From Promethearchaeota archaeon (GTDB lineage: Archaea > Asgardarchaeota > Lokiarchaeia > Sigyniarchaeales > SOKP01): DNA of 55,490 nt. The notes under the pieces were generated by a model that was not told the DNA's origin, did not search any database, and saw only the letters and a list, made by a program, of their open reading frames with translations. Both the position numbers and the translations under genes were made by a program. Below, piece after piece: positions 38,710 to 49,014 of this stretch. Every line of letters begins with the position of its first letter. Position 1 is the first letter of the stretch. The stretch is from positions 1 to 55,490 of the forward strand of contig JBHLOI010000020.1 of assembly GCA_048940645.1 (NCBI GenBank). Reading direction: 5' to 3'.

Positions 38710-40035
38710 ATGACTGAAAATATTGTAGAAGTAAGGAACTTAACAAAAATTTACGAGCAAGGTAATGTTTTAGCTGTTGATAATATTAGTTTTAATATAA
38801 AAAAAGGAGAAATTTTTGCTCTATTAGGTCCGAATGGAGCGGGAAAAACTACCACAATTTCAATTTTATCGACATTATTAAATCCTACTAAAGGAGAAGC
38901 CACGGTAAATTTATATAATGTTAAGGAGTCCCCTGATCAGGTAAGAAAGAGTATAGGTATTGTATTTCAAGAACCTTCATTAGATAATGAAATGAAAGGA
39001 AGGGAGAATTTAGAGCTCCATGCTATTTTATATCGAATGCCAAAAGGACAAAGAAAAGAGAGGATTAATGAAGTTCTTAAGCTAGTTGATTTAGAAGACA
39101 AAGCAGAAACATATGTTAAGAATTATTCAGGAGGGATGAAAAGAAGATTAGAAATAGCACGAGGCTTATTACATAGACCGAGGATGTTATTTTTAGATGA
39201 ACCAACCTTAGGATTAGATCCCCAAACTCGTCGAAAAATTTGGGATAAAATTAAAGAGTTAAATAATGACTTGGATGTTACAATATTAATCACGACTCAT
39301 TACATGGATGAAGCAGACGAATTAGCTGATAGAATTTGCATTATGGACCATGGCAAAATAATAGCTTTAGATACATCTGAAAATCTTAAGAAGCAAATAT
39401 CTGGAGATATTATAGATATTCAATTTGAGAAAGTAGAAGATAGGATGAAAATTCCCCGAATTATATCTCAATTAAAAGAAATTCCTAGCATAAAGAATAT
39501 TTCTTTAGAGGGAACAACAAAGAATCAAGGAGAAATGCTCATGAATTTAAACCTCCCAAAAGGTATGCCCAACATTAGTCCTGAAATGATTAAAACTCAA
39601 ATAAATCAAATGATGTCCGACCCCAATAGGCTTTTAATAGCATTTAAACGATTTCCAATGGCGTCTCAAATGTTCTTGAATGCACCAATAGATATGAAAA
39701 AAAGAATTAGCAATCTCTTTACTGATGATCTATTAAAAGAACTTCCAGATGAGATTAAACAAGAAATAGTTAAAATCAAAAGTGGAAATTATATAGAGGA
39801 AGAAAAAGATTTTGAACCAATTATTTCTATTTCTTGTGAAAGTGGAGGAAATTGTCTTCCAGAAATTATTCAAGTTATTAATAATGATGGATTAAAAATT
39901 AAGGATGTAAATATGCACGCCCCAAAATTAGAGGATGTTTTCTTGCATTTTGTGGGAGGTGATATTAGGGAAGAATCTTCTGATAGGGTAAAAAGTATAA
40001 AAAAGAGAATTCAAATGAGGCAATTAACGAGGTAG
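38710..40035 (+). CDS. DrrA-like ABC ATPase with an insertion of about 100 aa in the C-terminal domain
   Basis: GPNGAGKTT, YSGGM, LDEPTLGLDP, 'PKLEDVFL' tail. Confidence 0.93.
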   Translation: MTENIVEVRNLTKIYEQGNVLAVDNISFNIKKGEIFALLGPNGAGKTTTISILSTLLNPTKGEATVNLYNVKESPDQVRKSIGIVFQEPSLDNEMKGRENLELHAILYRMPKGQRKERINEVLKLVDLEDKAETYVKNYSGGMKRRLEIARGLLHRPRMLFLDEPTLGLDPQTRRKIWDKIKELNNDLDVTILITTHYMDEADELADRICIMDHGKIIALDTSENLKKQISGDIIDIQFEKVEDRMKIPRIISQLKEIPSIKNISLEGTTKNQGEMLMNLNLPKGMPNISPEMIKTQINQMMSDPNRLLIAFKRFPMASQMFLNAPIDMKKRISNLFTDDLLKELPDEIKQEIVKIKSGNYIEEEKDFEPIISISCESGGNCLPEIIQVINNDGLKIKDVNMHAPKLEDVFLHFVGGDIREESSDRVKSIKKRIQMRQLTR

Positions 40036-40041
40036 TACAAA

Positions 40042-40839
40042 ATGTCAGATTTGAATGTTTTAGATATGAAATTAAACTATGGAGCAGTGTGGGTATTAGC
40101 TAGAAGAGAGTTACTAGAATTTTGGAGAAATAAGACGAGATTAATATCATCATTAGTTCAAGGCATATTATTCTTAGTTGTATTTAGTAATGGATTTGGA
40201 TTCATAGCCCCAATAATAGGCGGAGTTCAGGTTGATCAAAGGGCTTTTACTGCTTCAGGTATCTCCGCAATCATAATATTATTCACGGGAATTTTTGGTG
40301 GAATGGGAGTTATGCGGGATAAAATGTTTGGATTTATGAAAGAATTAATTGTTGCTCCTGTTAGTAGAAGAACGTTGATGATAGGTAAAACACTAGGGGT
40401 AGCTTTACAAACTCTCATCCAAGTATGTATTATTGTGTTTTTAAGTCTAGCGCTTGGTTACCTTGGATTCGATCTTTCCTTAATATGGCGTATACTATTA
40501 ATTCTTCCGGTAGCTTTATTAGCAAGCATCGGTATAGTAGGTATGGGGTTGACAATTAGTACTCGTATGAGAGATTTTCAATCTTTTGGATTAGTACAAA
40601 CATTTATTGTTATGCCCATGTTCATGTTATCAGGTGCTTTTTTTTCTTTCGATACTGCTGGTATATTACAGCCAGTAATGCTAATTAACCCTTTTACTTA
40701 TAGTGTTGATCTTTTTAGAGCAGTATTATTAGGGGTATCTTCTCTTCCTGTATGGCTAGATCTTTTAGTTATGTCGATTTTTGGAACTGTACTAATTCTA
40801 TTAGGAGCACGATCTTTTAGTACAATGGAAGTAAGCTAA
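40042..40839 (+). CDS. ABC-2 (DrrB-like) permease
   Basis: 'GFMKELIVAPVSR', 'PMFMLSGAFF', 'INPFTYSVD'. Confidence 0.92.
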   Translation: MSDLNVLDMKLNYGAVWVLARRELLEFWRNKTRLISSLVQGILFLVVFSNGFGFIAPIIGGVQVDQRAFTASGISAIIILFTGIFGGMGVMRDKMFGFMKELIVAPVSRRTLMIGKTLGVALQTLIQVCIIVFLSLALGYLGFDLSLIWRILLILPVALLASIGIVGMGLTISTRMRDFQSFGLVQTFIVMPMFMLSGAFFSFDTAGILQPVMLINPFTYSVDLFRAVLLGVSSLPVWLDLLVMSIFGTVLILLGARSFSTMEVS

Positions 40840-40929
40840 ATCTTTATTTCTTTATATTTTTTTAAAAAGCAAATTCTTTTTTTTAGTTTTAATATTTTTA
40901 AATAAGATAAAGAAATAAAATGAGCTATT

Positions 40930-41694
40930 ATGCCATTCTTTAATTATAATACTAAAAAGATATTTTATCAAATAAAAAAGAGTTCCAGCAAAAATTGTTT
41001 ACTCTTTATTCATGGTTCGGGTAGTACATCAAAAACATGGAAAAATCAAATGAATTTAGAAATTGATTATGATATAATAGCTATAGATTTACCTTCTCAT
41101 CATAAGTCTGATGTATTTTCTGAGCTTTCTCTTGATTTATATATAGATGTTATTAATCAATTCAATCATTTATTTAACTATGAGAACTTAATTTTATGTG
41201 GGCATTCATTAGGTGGTGCAATAGCACAAGCGTATTATTTTAAACATCCAAATAAAGTTAAAGCATTAATACTTTGTGGAACTGGGGGAAGATTACGAGT
41301 TAGCTCAATTATATTAGATTCTCTTAAAACTAATTACGATGAGTATTTGAATGTATTGCTTTTGAAGGGTTTTTATAAAAGCACTCCAAAGAAAATCATT
41401 AAAAATTATAAAAAAGATACTTCAAAGATAGGTTCAATGGTAACTTATCAGGATTATAAAATTTGTGATAATTTTGATACTTTAGATAAGACTCATACTA
41501 TTAGTGTCCCTTGTTTAATATTATGTGGTGATTCGGATTATTTAACACCTGCAAAATACTCACATTATTTTCATGAACAGGTGGAAAAATCTAAGTTAAT
41601 TATAATTGAAAAAGCAGGTCATATGATTATGCTTGAAAAACCTGAGGAGGTAAATCAGGCAATTAAACATTTTCTAAATTTTAAATTAAACTGA
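40930..41694 (+). CDS. Alpha/beta hydrolase
   Basis: HG oxyanion motif, GHSLGG nucleophile, Asp and 'AGH' triad. Confidence 0.92.
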   Translation: MPFFNYNTKKIFYQIKKSSSKNCLLFIHGSGSTSKTWKNQMNLEIDYDIIAIDLPSHHKSDVFSELSLDLYIDVINQFNHLFNYENLILCGHSLGGAIAQAYYFKHPNKVKALILCGTGGRLRVSSIILDSLKTNYDEYLNVLLLKGFYKSTPKKIIKNYKKDTSKIGSMVTYQDYKICDNFDTLDKTHTISVPCLILCGDSDYLTPAKYSHYFHEQVEKSKLIIIEKAGHMIMLEKPEEVNQAIKHFLNFKLN

Positions 41695-41703
41695 ATTTAT
41701 ATT

Positions 41704-42495
41704 ATGCCAAGAAAATACACTTATGGTCCATATCCATCTAGAAGATTAGGATTATCCCTAGGTGTAGACATTTTACCTAAACAAAAATTATGTACATTTA
41801 ACTGTGTATATTGTGAGATTGGACCAACAATAAAGTTAGTATCACCAGAATATAGAATTAACCTACCTCCTTCTTCTGAATTTAGAAAAGAATTGATAGA
41901 TATCTTAAAACATTTTCCCCATTTAAATTCTATTACTTTTGGATATAACGGAGAACCTACATTAAATAAGAATCTATTAGATTTTTATACTATTACTGAA
42001 GATGTCAGAGAAACGATGAAGTGGACGAGTGAGAAGCCAAAAATAACGATTTTCACCAATTCTAGTACAATATATTCTCAAGAGATACGAAATGAATTAA
42101 TCAAATTTGATTTAGTAGTAGCAAAATTAGATGCTGCAATAAGTTCAGACTTTCGAAGAACAAATCAACCTCATGGTGAAGTACCAGATATCGACGTGAT
42201 AATAGATTCGCTTATAAAATTAAAGAATAATATGAAAGGAAATAAGTTGGCGATTCAGATTTTAATTTATAATTCTTACAAAAAAGATTTCTTATCAAAT
42301 AATAATGAAAAGAATATAAAAAAACTAGCTTTAGCTATAAAAACAATAAATCCAGATATTGTACAGATATATTCTATAGCTAGAATTCCAGCACAATTTT
42401 TTGTTTATTCTATTGATGATAATAGAAAAAAAGAGATTGTTAAAACTTTTAAAGAAATCATAAATAACGATCAAATAGAAATAGATTATTATTAA
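41704..42495 (+). CDS. Radical SAM protein (COG0731-like)
   Basis: 'YGPYPSRRLGLSLGVD', CTFNCVYC, GEPT. Confidence 0.9.
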   Translation: MPRKYTYGPYPSRRLGLSLGVDILPKQKLCTFNCVYCEIGPTIKLVSPEYRINLPPSSEFRKELIDILKHFPHLNSITFGYNGEPTLNKNLLDFYTITEDVRETMKWTSEKPKITIFTNSSTIYSQEIRNELIKFDLVVAKLDAAISSDFRRTNQPHGEVPDIDVIIDSLIKLKNNMKGNKLAIQILIYNSYKKDFLSNNNEKNIKKLALAIKTINPDIVQIYSIARIPAQFFVYSIDDNRKKEIVKTFKEIINNDQIEIDYY

Positions 42496-42528
42496 ATTAA
42501 GTAATAAATTATATTTTGTTACCTTATT

Positions 42529-43542
42529 TTGGTGATTAAAGTGGAGAAATATATTGTAGGAGTCGATATTGGAGGTACATGGATTAGAGTAGCTATTTGT
42601 TCAATGGATTTAAAAGAAGAAAATATTAAAATTAAAACTACAAGAACTCTTAAGGAACATGAATATTCAATTAGTAATTCAGTTATTCTCTTAATTTCAG
42701 AATTGTTAGCGGAATATGACATAAACCATGAAGAAATTGTTGGAATTGGTCTTGCTTCAGCAGGACCTATAGATATGGAAAAGGGGGAGGTCTTTAATAA
42801 TGCAAATTTAGGATTTAGAGTTATTCCCTTAGTTAAACCAATCCAAGATCGATTTCCTGAAATTCCGATTTATTTAATTAATGATGGTAATGCTTCAGTT
42901 CTAGGAATTCATTACTTTGAAGCCGAAGAGTACGAAAAAGACAATATAGCATATATTACAATTTCTACTGGAATTGGTGGCGGCGTGATTTGTAATGGTC
43001 ATTTATTACTGGGTAAAGACGGTAATGCTGCCGAAATAGGGCACGGGATTGTGGAGACACATAGCGATCACCAATGCAATTGTGGTTCTTATGGATGTTG
43101 GGAGGTCTTTAGCTCGGGTACAGGTATAAAAAATAGAGCTTTGGAAGCATTAGAAACTAGTACTCTGAATTCGAAAATATTAATGTTTATGGTTGATAAT
43201 GACCCTTCTCGAATTACAGCAAAGGAAATTTTCCAAGCTGCCAAGGGAGCAGATAAATTTTCTAAAAGTATTATTGAAATGAGTTTATACTATAATAAAG
43301 TTGGAGTGGGGTTAGTTAATACCTTTTATGATTGTACCTCAATTTATTTTGGGGGAGCCTTTATGAAGGATCGCGACTTAATTATTCCTTCTCTTGTTGA
43401 GCAATTTAAAAGAGATCCACTACAATTTACCGTAAATCACCCGCCTAATATAAAGGTTACTCGATATTTAGATGATATTGGTGTAAGAGGTGCGTTGGCT
43501 TTAGTTAAATACAAAATAGAAGGAAACCCAGTTATTGAGTAG
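42529..43542 (+). CDS. ROK family sugar kinase (glucokinase-like)
   Basis: DIGGT, NDGNA, STGIGGG, EIGH, CNCG..GCWE. Confidence 0.92.
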   Translation: MVIKVEKYIVGVDIGGTWIRVAICSMDLKEENIKIKTTRTLKEHEYSISNSVILLISELLAEYDINHEEIVGIGLASAGPIDMEKGEVFNNANLGFRVIPLVKPIQDRFPEIPIYLINDGNASVLGIHYFEAEEYEKDNIAYITISTGIGGGVICNGHLLLGKDGNAAEIGHGIVETHSDHQCNCGSYGCWEVFSSGTGIKNRALEALETSTLNSKILMFMVDNDPSRITAKEIFQAAKGADKFSKSIIEMSLYYNKVGVGLVNTFYDCTSIYFGGAFMKDRDLIIPSLVEQFKRDPLQFTVNHPPNIKVTRYLDDIGVRGALALVKYKIEGNPVIE

Positions 43543-43561
43543 AGATTAAAAATTCAAAAAA

Positions 43562-45001
43562 ATGGAAAATTATAATCTGATTTTCACGTTTAGTGGTATT
43601 CGAGGGATTGCTAAAAAAGATTTCAATTTTAATATAGTAAAAAAACTAGGAATAGCATTTGGTTTATATCTAGAAGCTGAAGATAAAAAAATAATAATTG
43701 GTCGAGATACTCGGCCAAGTGGAGAAGATATTGAGAAGGGAGTTATCGAAGGATTAATTTCAGTTGGATATGAAATTATTAGAGTAGGCATCTGTCCTTC
43801 CCCCGTAATTATTCATGCGAAAAATAGATTAAACATTCCAGCAGGAATAATCATTACTGGGTCTCATAATCCTCAAGAATGGAACGGTTTAAAATTACTT
43901 TCAGGTACAACATTTCTAGGAAATATAGAACTGGAAGAAATTCATCAAATTGTAAATAAAGTAAATTTAGAAAGTTATACATCTAAAGTCGATAATCCTT
44001 CAGATAAAATCACCAATATAGACCCAATTCCACATTACATCAAGGAATTATATAATAATATAAATTACGAGAATATTAGAAATCAAAATAAATTAAGAGT
44101 GGTAATTGATACAGGCGCGGGTGCGGGTAAGTATGTTACTCCCCTGATCCTTGAAGGCTTAGGTTGTAAAGTGAAAGTAATCAATAATGATTTGCTTATT
44201 AATGAGGTATTTCCTAGAGAGATTGAACCAATTGCAAAAAATTTAAGAGATTTAATGATGGAGGTTTGGCAAGGAAAATATGATATTGGATTTGCTCATG
44301 ATTCAGATGCTGATAGACTTGCCTTAATTGGAGAAAATGGGATTTGCTATCCCGAGGATGTAGGATTAGCACTTATTACAAATTATTATTTAAAGGAATT
44401 AAATCAAGATTATGGAGAGATAATATTTATTACTAATTTAGCTTCTTCTTTAATGTTTGAAGTTCTAGCAGAAAGGTATAACGCTAAAGTAGTAAGAACA
44501 CCAATAGGAGAAAAGTTCTTAGCCGAAAAGATAGAAAAATTGAGAAATGAATACGAAAAAACTTCTAAAAACTGCTTGATTTTAGGCGGTGAAGGATCAT
44601 GTGGAGGGGTAATGCTCCCTCAATTTAATAATACTAGAGATGGAATATTTGCTGCGGCTAAAATTATTGAAATATTAGTTCATACAGGAGAAAAAATTTC
44701 TAGCTTAACTGCTCAACTTCCAAAGTATTTCTCGCATAGAGCGGTAATTGGGGTGAAAAATAGGAATATATCTGTGATTATCGATTATGTGAGAAAAGAA
44801 TTGATAGAAGAAGGTGAAAACGTTATGCAAATTAATAATGACTTGAGATTTGGCTATGATAAGGATTGGTTTGTATTAATTCATCCATCCAATACCGAAC
44901 CTATAATTAGGGTTATAAGTGAAGCAAAAACGGATTCGATGGCTAGAATTAATTGTGAAGTCACAGCAGAACTAGTTAAATTAGTTTTATCACAATTATA
45001 A
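43562..45001 (+). CDS. Phosphohexomutase (PMM/PGM/GlmM family)
   Basis: GRDTR, TGSHNP, DSDADR, GEGS, SNTEP. Confidence 0.93.
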   Translation: MENYNLIFTFSGIRGIAKKDFNFNIVKKLGIAFGLYLEAEDKKIIIGRDTRPSGEDIEKGVIEGLISVGYEIIRVGICPSPVIIHAKNRLNIPAGIIITGSHNPQEWNGLKLLSGTTFLGNIELEEIHQIVNKVNLESYTSKVDNPSDKITNIDPIPHYIKELYNNINYENIRNQNKLRVVIDTGAGAGKYVTPLILEGLGCKVKVINNDLLINEVFPREIEPIAKNLRDLMMEVWQGKYDIGFAHDSDADRLALIGENGICYPEDVGLALITNYYLKELNQDYGEIIFITNLASSLMFEVLAERYNAKVVRTPIGEKFLAEKIEKLRNEYEKTSKNCLILGGEGSCGGVMLPQFNNTRDGIFAAAKIIEILVHTGEKISSLTAQLPKYFSHRAVIGVKNRNISVIIDYVRKELIEEGENVMQINNDLRFGYDKDWFVLIHPSNTEPIIRVISEAKTDSMARINCEVTAELVKLVLSQL

Positions 45002-45143
45002 TAGATTTTACTATTCTAAATTCGACGGAATTTATCTTTTCCCATCTTTTTCCCATTATTCTTTTACATTATTGGATTTCTAGCGCTAAATTTATAAATT
45101 ATCCAGTAATATTTAGTTACATTAAAATTTTTGTTGATTGTTC

Positions 45144-45280
45144 CATGGTAATAAAAGAACATAGATGGATATGGACTAATAGGAAATATACAATAGTCCA
45201 TACTCCAACTATTTATTGGATCATTGCCATGATTTTAATCTATGTAGGGTTTACCCCTATTACATCATGCTTTTAAAGCA
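45144..45280 (+). other. Structured element upstream of the MFS gene, overlapping a 43-codon ORF (45145-45276)
   Basis: Stems 45144-45152/45223-45231, 45170-45178/45194-45202, 45204-45208/45216-45220 and 45159-45166/45238-45245; TTTATAAA at 45091. Confidence 0.4.
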
Positions 45281-45482
45281 TTATAAACAACGATTCACTA
45301 CTTCTTATAATATCGATCACTGACTATTTTCTCTGAACATTTTGTTTTGGTTTTGAAATATCTTTCAAAATGTGAACTTTTTTCGATTTTTCTGATACTA
45401 AGCTTACCAAACGGCGAATTATAATAAAAATTTTAATGTTTTAAATATAAATTTAAAAAATGAGAAATCAAGGTGTAAAAGG

Positions 45483-46739
45483 TTGTCAGATTTAAAGGAT
45501 TGTTTAAAAAAGGAAGAAATTCAATCTCAAAAAGAAGAAGAGTTACAATTGAATTGCTCTAGATTAAGTAAGTGGAAGTTAAATATATGGAAATCATATT
45601 TATTTCATTTTTTTATGGGATTTCATTTGATTTCTGGGGTACTATTACATTTTTTTATGAATTGGGGAAAATTAACTTTTGTTGAAATAATGTTTCTTCA
45701 AAGTTACTTTACTTTGATGATTTTATTACTTGAGATTCCTTGTGGAGCTATAGCAGATTATTTAAGTAGAAAGTTGTCATTAACATTAGGAGCTATTTCA
45801 ACTGCATTAGCGGCTTTGATTTATGGGATTTATCCAAATTTATTAATTTTTTTAATTGGTGAAACTTTATGGGCTTTTGGAGCAGCCTTGACATCAGGAA
45901 CAGATCAAGCTTTTATCTATAATACATTGAAAAAACTTGGAAAACAAGATGAAATTTCAAAAGTAATAGCCAGAAATAGGAGCTTCATGTTGTTTGCTAT
46001 AGCAATTTCAGCCCCAATTGGCTCAATAATAGCTGCTTATCTATCGTTAAATCTGGTAATGACTTTAATGTTTATTCCCTTTATTATTGCAACCTTAATA
46101 TCACTGACTCTTAAAGAACCCAAAATCGAATTAGAGAGAAAGAAATCGGATAACTACTTTACTATTATAAAATCTGGATTCAATGAACTCAAAAAAAACA
46201 ATATTTTAAGATTATTAGCATTAGAAATGATTATAACAGAATCTCTTGTGTTCTTCCTAATATGGACATATCAACTATATCTAGAGGCTTTAAATTTTCC
46301 ATTTTTTCTTTTTGGATTTGTAAGTGCAGCAATAACTATAGTACAGATTATCTTCAATAATTTAGTTATTACTCTTGAAAATAAGTGTAATAATAAAAGA
46401 AGGTTTTTACAATTGTATACAATAGCACCAGGAATAGGATTTATTCTTATGTCGGTTATATACTTCATTCCAGTTAGTATTCCTTTAATTCTTGTAGTAA
46501 TAGCATTAGGTTTCTCTCGAAGTCTAATATTTACTAAAGGAATAAATAAAAAAATTGAAACACAGAATAGAGCTACAGTAATAAGCATAATAAATATGAT
46601 AGCAAGCCTTATAAGAGCGGTGCTTTACCCAATCATTGGTTACTTTGTCATGTTGAATTTAAATTTAATATTTATAACATCAGGTATCATAATCATCATT
46701 TTCGCGTTGCTCTCAAGAATAAAAAGTGAGTACTTATAA
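45483..46739 (+). CDS. MFS transporter
   Basis: 'LEIPCGAIADYLSRK', 'SGTDQAFIY', about 12 TM segments, 'RATVIS'. Confidence 0.92.
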   Translation: MSDLKDCLKKEEIQSQKEEELQLNCSRLSKWKLNIWKSYLFHFFMGFHLISGVLLHFFMNWGKLTFVEIMFLQSYFTLMILLLEIPCGAIADYLSRKLSLTLGAISTALAALIYGIYPNLLIFLIGETLWAFGAALTSGTDQAFIYNTLKKLGKQDEISKVIARNRSFMLFAIAISAPIGSIIAAYLSLNLVMTLMFIPFIIATLISLTLKEPKIELERKKSDNYFTIIKSGFNELKKNNILRLLALEMIITESLVFFLIWTYQLYLEALNFPFFLFGFVSAAITIVQIIFNNLVITLENKCNNKRRFLQLYTIAPGIGFILMSVIYFIPVSIPLILVVIALGFSRSLIFTKGINKKIETQNRATVISIINMIASLIRAVLYPIIGYFVMLNLNLIFITSGIIIIIFALLSRIKSEYL

Positions 46740-46812
46740 TTTATTTATTTTTTTTAATCAAAATTAACGAATTTTTAAGATAATCGTTTATTTACTTTTT
46801 ATAAATTGTAAT

Positions 46813-48660
46813 TTAACTTTTCAATTCCTTTAAAATTATTTCGGCTAATTTTTTTCCGACAATCGATGATAATTCGTCAAATTTAGCAGTTTTAATATTT
46901 TTCACACTTCCAAAATGTTTTAATAATTTATTTCTAGTTGCAGGACCTACACCCTTAATGTTATCTAGTATTGAACCGGTCATTCTTTTTTCTCTTAGCT
47001 TTTTATGGAGTCTTACAGCAAAACGATGAGCCTCATCTCTAATCTGTTGAAATAATTTTAAAATTGGAGAATTATCTGGAAGAACTATTGGATCTTTTTT
47101 GTTGGGAAGGTAGACTTCTTCGAGTCTTTTTGCTAAACCAATAGTGGGTATCCCCTCAAGTCCTAAACTTTTTAATACAGATACAGTGGCATTTAATTGG
47201 CCTTTTCCACCATCAATTAGAATTAGATCTGGTAATTCAAGATTTTTTTGTAACAGCATATTATATCTTCTTCTAATAACTTCTTTCATCATTGCAACGT
47301 CATCAGGAGTAGATTTACTTTTAATCTTATAATGACGATAAAATTTTTTATATGGTTTTCCATTTAAAAAATAAACCATTGAACCAGTTGCGTCAGTCCC
47401 CTCAATATTTGAAATGTCAAAACCTTCGATAATTTTTGGTGGGTTAGTTAAATTTAATAAAGATTTTACCTCATCCAAGATCGTTTTAATTAAGTCCTCC
47501 TCTTTATTTTTAATTTTTTCCATTTGAATCTCTTGCTCAACTACTACCTTAGCGTTTTTATTAACAATTCTCATTAAACCATATTCTTTTTCAAAGGGGG
47601 TTCTAATTTGGATGCTTTTTTTGAAATCTTTTAAGACGGATAAAAATACGTCAATATTTTTATATCTTTCAGGAATCACTATTGCCTCTGGCAAATTTTC
47701 TTTCATATCTTGATAAAATTGTTCCATAATTAAAGGAAAAATATCTTCTTTTTCAAATATCTTTTCTTTAAGATTAAAACTAAATGAACTCTTATTCACA
47801 ATTTTTCCATCACGAATATTGATAATAACCATGGCAAAATAATTATGATTTCCATCTGTATAGTATCCAATTATATCTTTATTATCCTGCGTATTTAATA
47901 AAACACTTTGATCCGTTGTTGAGCTATCTATTGCTTGTAATTTATCTCTCCAGAAGGCAGCTATTTCAAAATTTAATTCTTCCGAAGCCTTGTTCATTTC
48001 CTTTTTAATATGTTCTTTTAGTTCAATAGTTTCTCCTTTGAGAAAGAGTTCAATATTTTTTATATTTTCTAGATAGACTCTCTTATTGATAGCCCCAATA
48101 CAAGGACCAGGGCATAGATTTAGCTGATAATATAAGCAAGGGCGTACCCTTTTTCTTATTTTCTTTTTACAGGAACAATAGGGGAAGATTTTTCTTAAAT
48201 CTCTTAATATCCTAGTTATTTCTTTTTTATCTGTGTAAGGGCCTAAAAATAAGTTTTTTTGTGAATATTTTTCTGGGCCTCTTAATATTCGTATTCTTGG
48301 AAAGTCTTCCGAATAAAAAATCGCAACCCAGGGATAAGATTTAGAATCCCGCATGATAACATTATATCTAGGTTGATATTTTTTAATTTGAATATTCTCA
48401 AGTATATACGCCTCTTTCTCATTTTCAGTAACTATGTATTCAATGGACTTAATTTTTTGAACTAAATCTTTTATTTTTTCTTCATAATAAGGATCACTAA
48501 AAGTAGATTTTGAAAAATATTGATTAACCCTTTTTCGAATATTAGAAGCTTTTCCTATATAAATTATAGAATTATTTTTATCAGTAAAAAAATATATCCC
48601 TGGTTCATTAGGTAAGCTTTTTCTTTGGAGATCTAAATCCTTCATGAAATAATTATACAA
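46813..48660 (-). CDS. uvrC: Excinuclease ABC subunit C
   Basis: 'LPNEPGIY..IYIGKA', UVR domain, 'IEGFDISN', 'IDGGKGQL', 'RDEAHRFA', HhH. Confidence 0.97.
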   Translation of the reverse strand: MYNYFMKDLDLQRKSLPNEPGIYFFTDKNNSIIYIGKASNIRKRVNQYFSKSTFSDPYYEEKIKDLVQKIKSIEYIVTENEKEAYILENIQIKKYQPRYNVIMRDSKSYPWVAIFYSEDFPRIRILRGPEKYSQKNLFLGPYTDKKEITRILRDLRKIFPYCSCKKKIRKRVRPCLYYQLNLCPGPCIGAINKRVYLENIKNIELFLKGETIELKEHIKKEMNKASEELNFEIAAFWRDKLQAIDSSTTDQSVLLNTQDNKDIIGYYTDGNHNYFAMVIINIRDGKIVNKSSFSFNLKEKIFEKEDIFPLIMEQFYQDMKENLPEAIVIPERYKNIDVFLSVLKDFKKSIQIRTPFEKEYGLMRIVNKNAKVVVEQEIQMEKIKNKEEDLIKTILDEVKSLLNLTNPPKIIEGFDISNIEGTDATGSMVYFLNGKPYKKFYRHYKIKSKSTPDDVAMMKEVIRRRYNMLLQKNLELPDLILIDGGKGQLNATVSVLKSLGLEGIPTIGLAKRLEEVYLPNKKDPIVLPDNSPILKLFQQIRDEAHRFAVRLHKKLREKRMTGSILDNIKGVGPATRNKLLKHFGSVKNIKTAKFDELSSIVGKKLAEIILKELKS

Positions 48661-48828
48661 ATTTAATTCAATAGTGTACTTCTGTATAGATATTCTATTA
48701 TACTAAAAAATTTCTATATCAATATAAATATTGATGGAGACTAAATGTTATTTACTATTATTAATTATAGACAGTTAGTAAGATAATTAAATGAAAATTG
48801 GTTTCTTCAGTAATAGATTGTTAATTTA

Positions 48829-49014
48829 TTGGAAAAAATGACAAAAATTAGAATCTGTCCAAAATGTAGAAAGCCGAAACTTAAAAATGCTACTAATGTT
48901 TCTGGTTGGCTTGCACCAGACATGTATAAATGTACTGAGTGTGATTATATTGGATATTTATATTTAGAAGTGGATTCTGAAGATTTAAAACCACAAAACG
49001 ATAATGAGTTGTGA
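48829..49014 (+). CDS. Small zinc-finger protein
   Basis: CPKC...GWL...YKCTECDYIG. Confidence 0.7.
   Translation: MEKMTKIRICPKCRKPKLKNATNVSGWLAPDMYKCTECDYIGYLYLEVDSEDLKPQNDNEL

Noticed and set aside
46813-48660. Bacterial-type uvrC (and tag at 1149-1721) as a notable anomaly
   Set aside because: UvrABC and Tag occur in many mesophilic archaea; uvrA and uvrB may lie outside the window.
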